This document shows, piece by piece, positions 15,993 through 19,217 of a stretch of DNA of 19,217 nucleotides. The stretch comes from a bacterium (GTDB lineage: Bacteria > Fidelibacterota > Marinisomatia > Marinisomatales > UBA1611). The notes under the pieces were generated by a model. The model was not told where the DNA came from, made no database searches, and worked only from the letters and a program-made list of their open reading frames with translations. Location: contig JAYPIC010000033.1 in the NCBI GenBank assembly GCA_038127595.1, positions 1 through 19,217 of the forward strand. The letters are read 5' to 3'. A program made the translations under genes and the position numbers. Within the stretch, counting starts at the first letter, position 1, and each line of letters starts with the position of its first letter.

Positions 15993-18439
15993 TGACTCAC
16001 AATTTGATTAAACCGGTCTTTCTTCTTTTCTTTATTTCATTCGTACAACTATATGCACAATCTTTTACTGTCTCTGGCACGGTCTTAAATGAAAAAGGTC
16101 AGCCTCTCATAGGTGCTAATGTTTTTATTGATGGCACTGCATTGGGGTCTGCAACTGACATTGAAGGTAACTATCAAATAAAGAAAATTCCATCTGGCAA
16201 AAAATACACTATTACTGCAATGTTCATTGGTCATAGAACAATGACCAAAGAAATAATTGATCCTGATAAGGCACTAATAAAAATAGATTTTGAACTTGTC
16301 ATGTCTTTAGTAGACCTTGATGAGGTAGTGGTAGCTGCAAGCTTTAGTGAAAGAAAAAAACGTGCTCAAGCATCTCCAGTAACAATAATTTCTCAAGATG
16401 AGTTAAGGAAAATGCCAGTTAGGAGTATAGATGAGGTTTTAACAGGTAATGTGCCTGGTGGATTTGCTAGCCTTCCCTCTAGGCCAGGGCAGAATAATTC
16501 TGCATTTACGATAAGAGGTGGTACTAGTGGTTCTGGAAGGCCTCTTGGCGATGTTAAGATCTATATAGATGGTATAGAGCTATTAGGGTTTGATATGCAG
16601 TCTTACCCAGGTATAGCTGATTTTGTTGACCCATCCGATATTGAAAAGATTGAAGTATTAAGAGGACCTATGGGGTCAACCCTTCATGGCTCAAATGCCC
16701 AGAGCGGTATCATTCAAATATTTACAAAAAAAGGATCCAGTTTAAACAGGACTAAAATACGTATGAAGCTAGCCAGTAAAATTACTGAGGCTCCCATTCT
16801 TGATAAAAATGCATCAGGCAGGGAGATGATGTTTACGTTAAGCGGAGGCAATAGTGCTAAAACAAGCTATAGTCTAGGAGTAAATAAATCTATCGATGAG
16901 GAAGTTATGCCAAGCAATGGAAGTGATATTGATAGGCTTAAAATGCATGGTTCTATAAATACTAAGATTGGATCTGCAGTAATTGACCTTAAAACATATC
17001 ACAGTTGGGGGAGTCAAGGATTTATTAGCAACTTATTTCATTTACTTGAATATAAAAATGAAAGGTCTTGGGATAATGCACCATCCCATTGGGATGACTC
17101 TTTATCAAATGGCGGGACAGAATATTATAAACCTGGATTTAGTTTAAATATTTCGCAGAGTTTTAGTAAGAATCTTTATCATAGCTTGGTTATCGGAAAT
17201 GACTCAAAAAAGTTTTTATATAAAAAATATTATGAAAGTTCAGAGCAGTCGTATTTAACCGAAAATTGGAATAGATACACACTAAATTATTTTTGGAATT
17301 ATAAAAAGCCGGTTCATAAAGGCTTAAAAATAGATTTTACTACAGGAATGCAACAAACAATGAGCAATCATTTGAGATTGTCTGGCAAGCTTGACGAAGT
17401 AAAAGATCAGTATTATTATGAAGACTTTGATGATGCTTCCATTGTTGACCAGAGTAATAGGAATTCAGGTTTTTACGCTGAGCTAGTAACAGATTTTAGA
17501 GATAAATTTTTTGTCACAATTGGCCAGAGGATTGAACAGAATGAGTATTTTGGTAAGGACTACGGTACTCATTTTAGCCCTCGATTAGGCTTTTCTTATT
17601 TATTTAATTTTGGTAAGTCGATCTTAAAAACTAGAGGCGCATGGGGAAGTGGTGGTATTAATCCTCCTAAAGCGATGCAGGCCTTACCAAGTGAATCAAG
17701 CTACAGCATTAACATTGGAAATCCTGATTTGAGACCGGAAAGACAATCTGGATATGAAATTGGAGCAGATTATTATTATGGGGATAATTTTTTCATTGAG
17801 GTGACATATTTTGATCAATTATTTTTAGATGGTATAGCAAATGACCCAAGCATTGATGACCTTTTTACAATAAAGCAAGAGTATTGGTACATAAATCTTG
17901 GACAAATATTAAATAAGGGTATCGAAGTTGCTGCAAAGACCAGGGTTTTTGACTTTTTCGATGTTAGTGCTAACTACACGTACCTTGATAGTAGGTGGGG
18001 AGAAGATTCTTTGAGGCAGAATGATCCGATTTATGAAGGATTTTATAATAAAGGAGTACAACGAACTGATGTACCATCGCAAACAGGTAATGTTTCTATT
18101 AGTTTTAATATTCCAGGTACAAAGTACACATCTAAAAAAGGCGGTTCTATTTCATTTGATCTCAGTTATATAGGTAAGCGTAAGGGTAGAGATTGGCTAA
18201 TGTATTATGACGGTCTATATAATCCAGATATACAGCCTTTCACCTACTATAGTAGTGAAATATTAATGGATTATGATTCATTTTATAATGCTCGATTTAG
18301 GCTTAATTATTGGTTAACTAAAGAAGTTTCAACTTATATTGATATAAGAAATCTTAATAATCATACAGATATTTCTAGATCCATAACCGAACCTGCGCTA
18401 GGTAGACAAATTATCTTTGGATTTGATTTAGATCTTTAA
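15992..18439 (+). CDS. TonB-dependent receptor with N-terminal carboxypeptidase-regulatory-like extension
   Basis: Signal peptide; extension 'VSGTVLNEKGQPLIGANV......G.ATDIEGNY'; TonB box 'LDEVVV'; plug 'IRGG...IYIDG...DIEKIEVLRGP..TLHGS.A..GIIQIFTK'; barrel 'GNPDLRPE...YEIG', 'NKGIE', 'NYTY', 'RNL.N', 'GRQIIFGFDLDL'. The GTG start overlaps the upstream TAG. Confidence 0.93.
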   Translation: MTHNLIKPVFLLFFISFVQLYAQSFTVSGTVLNEKGQPLIGANVFIDGTALGSATDIEGNYQIKKIPSGKKYTITAMFIGHRTMTKEIIDPDKALIKIDFELVMSLVDLDEVVVAASFSERKKRAQASPVTIISQDELRKMPVRSIDEVLTGNVPGGFASLPSRPGQNNSAFTIRGGTSGSGRPLGDVKIYIDGIELLGFDMQSYPGIADFVDPSDIEKIEVLRGPMGSTLHGSNAQSGIIQIFTKKGSSLNRTKIRMKLASKITEAPILDKNASGREMMFTLSGGNSAKTSYSLGVNKSIDEEVMPSNGSDIDRLKMHGSINTKIGSAVIDLKTYHSWGSQGFISNLFHLLEYKNERSWDNAPSHWDDSLSNGGTEYYKPGFSLNISQSFSKNLYHSLVIGNDSKKFLYKKYYESSEQSYLTENWNRYTLNYFWNYKKPVHKGLKIDFTTGMQQTMSNHLRLSGKLDEVKDQYYYEDFDDASIVDQSNRNSGFYAELVTDFRDKFFVTIGQRIEQNEYFGKDYGTHFSPRLGFSYLFNFGKSILKTRGAWGSGGINPPKAMQALPSESSYSINIGNPDLRPERQSGYEIGADYYYGDNFFIEVTYFDQLFLDGIANDPSIDDLFTIKQEYWYINLGQILNKGIEVAAKTRVFDFFDVSANYTYLDSRWGEDSLRQNDPIYEGFYNKGVQRTDVPSQTGNVSISFNIPGTKYTSKKGGSISFDLSYIGKRKGRDWLMYYDGLYNPDIQPFTYYSSEILMDYDSFYNARFRLNYWLTKEVSTYIDIRNLNNHTDISRSITEPALGRQIIFGFDLDL

Positions 18440-18633
18440 GTTTTATTTTATCCTCATCTTTAGAAACTATATTTTTTCATATTTATTCATTTCTAATGTT
18501 AAAGATCTAAATTTAGATCATTAGATAATCTTAATTTTTATAGAATCTCAGTTAATTAATTTTTTTTTATTTTTTTATTTTATATCTAGGATTTTTGAAA
18601 AAATAAAAATTATATTTATTGTGCTTTAAATTA

Positions 18634-18661
18634 TTGACAGGCCATTGATTGGTGATACTAT
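18634..18661 (+). promoter_or_regulatory. Sigma70-type promoter for the downstream FG-GAP gene
   Basis: Perfect -35 TTGACA (18634-18639), 16-nt spacer, extended -10 TG-A-TACTAT (18653-18661), with an AT-rich UP-like tract upstream. Confidence 0.6.
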
Positions 18662-18680
18662 TTGTTTGTACCAAACAAAT
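18660..18680. promoter_or_regulatory. Operator-like palindrome overlapping the -10/+1 region
   Basis: ATTTGTTTG-TAC-CAAACAAAT: perfect 9-bp arms with a 3-nt spacer. Confidence 0.6.
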
Positions 18681-18723
18681 GTAATTAAGATTTAAAGGTT
18701 AACCTAAACAAGGGAGAACAAGT

Positions 18724-19217
18724 ATGAAAAAAATGTTAATACTATTTCTTTCCGCTCTGCTCATTTCAGCAACCTATGCTGAAGATTATCATCCAGGAGC
18801 TGATTTCACAGTAGCAAATAAGTTGATGTTTCATGGAGACCCCAACTTCAGTGATTTCTCAGTACTTGGCGCACAAAGTGTGATGGCAGGGATGGATTTT
18901 GATGCCGATGGCAATGCAGAAATTTTATTTACCATTGATGAAACACTACCACCAGGTGGACCAGATCCTGGTAAGGTTGGTGTATATCTGTATGAAGCAG
19001 ATGGCAATGGCGGATATAGCTATGTGTGGCATTTTGTGTCCCCTGATCCTGGTAACAGTCTTCCAGGGCTCGGGCATGGCGACATAGATGCAGATGGAAA
19101 CCATGAAATTTATTTTGGTGTCGCTCCAGCAGCTGGTGCCAATGACGATACATGGGGAACATATATTTTTGAACAAGAAAATGGAGTTTTTCCATCTACA
19201 GCAACACATCTTCTTAG
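18724..19217 (+). CDS. Partial (3'-truncated) secreted FG-GAP/VCBS repeat protein (not in ORF track)
   Basis: AGGGAG RBS at 18711-18716; ATG at 18724 with the frame open to the window end: MKKMLILFLSALLISATYA|EDYHPGADF...MDFDADGNAEILF...VYLYEADGNGGY..VW...GDIDADGNHEIYFG... Sec signal plus two DxDxDG repeats. Confidence 0.9.
   Translation, partial: MKKMLILFLSALLISATYAEDYHPGADFTVANKLMFHGDPNFSDFSVLGAQSVMAGMDFDADGNAEILFTIDETLPPGGPDPGKVGVYLYEADGNGGYSYVWHFVSPDPGNSLPGLGHGDIDADGNHEIYFGVAPAAGANDDTWGTYIFEQENGVFPSTATHLL

Noticed and set aside
18440..18633. AT-rich spacer as oriC or dif site
   Set aside because: Only one near-DnaA box (TTATCCTCA, 18448-18456) and no replication genes nearby. TAATGTTAAAG resembles a XerD arm but has no XerC arm.
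18899..19209. ORFs 18899-19087, 18929-19195 and 18946-19209
   Set aside because: All overlap the true frame starting at 18724, which has an RBS, a signal peptide and FG-GAP repeats.

Overview
AT-rich, very gene-dense bacterial chromosomal segment. Several traits point to an FCB-group marine bacterium, plausibly Marinimicrobia/SAR406-like (inference only): two proteins end in an 'N(Y/F)PNPFNPST' FlgD-Ig/T9SS-type C-terminal domain, and there is a Bacteroidota-like Tat Rieske lipoprotein, a DUF6370 protein and a TonB-dependent receptor with an N-terminal extension. Three blocks. (1) 1-4272 (+): tail of a CTD-bearing secreted protein, a small membrane protein, a light/DNA-damage cluster (inverted-domain NewPHL-type photolyase, MutT-like Nudix hydrolase, SRPBCC protein, and a DUF2256 protein missed by the ORF track), an atypical Rieske lipoprotein, a small membrane protein and DUF6370. 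(2) 4275-9805 (-): a tightly coupled six-gene operon encoding class-I GATase, PBP4/DacB, LD-carboxypeptidase, SpmA, SpmB and an APC permease. This is the best candidate for an undescribed system, namely peptidoglycan stem-peptide salvage using SpmAB/APC uptake in a non-sporulating diderm. (3) ~9983-end (+): a duplicated FG-GAP/ASPIC-UnbV lipoprotein, a TlpA-like thioredoxin lipoprotein, a CTD protein coupled to a TonB-dependent receptor, an AT-rich spacer with a sigma70 promoter overlapped by an operator-like palindrome, and a truncated secreted FG-GAP protein also missed by the ORF track. No rRNA, tRNA, CRISPR or mobile element was recognised.
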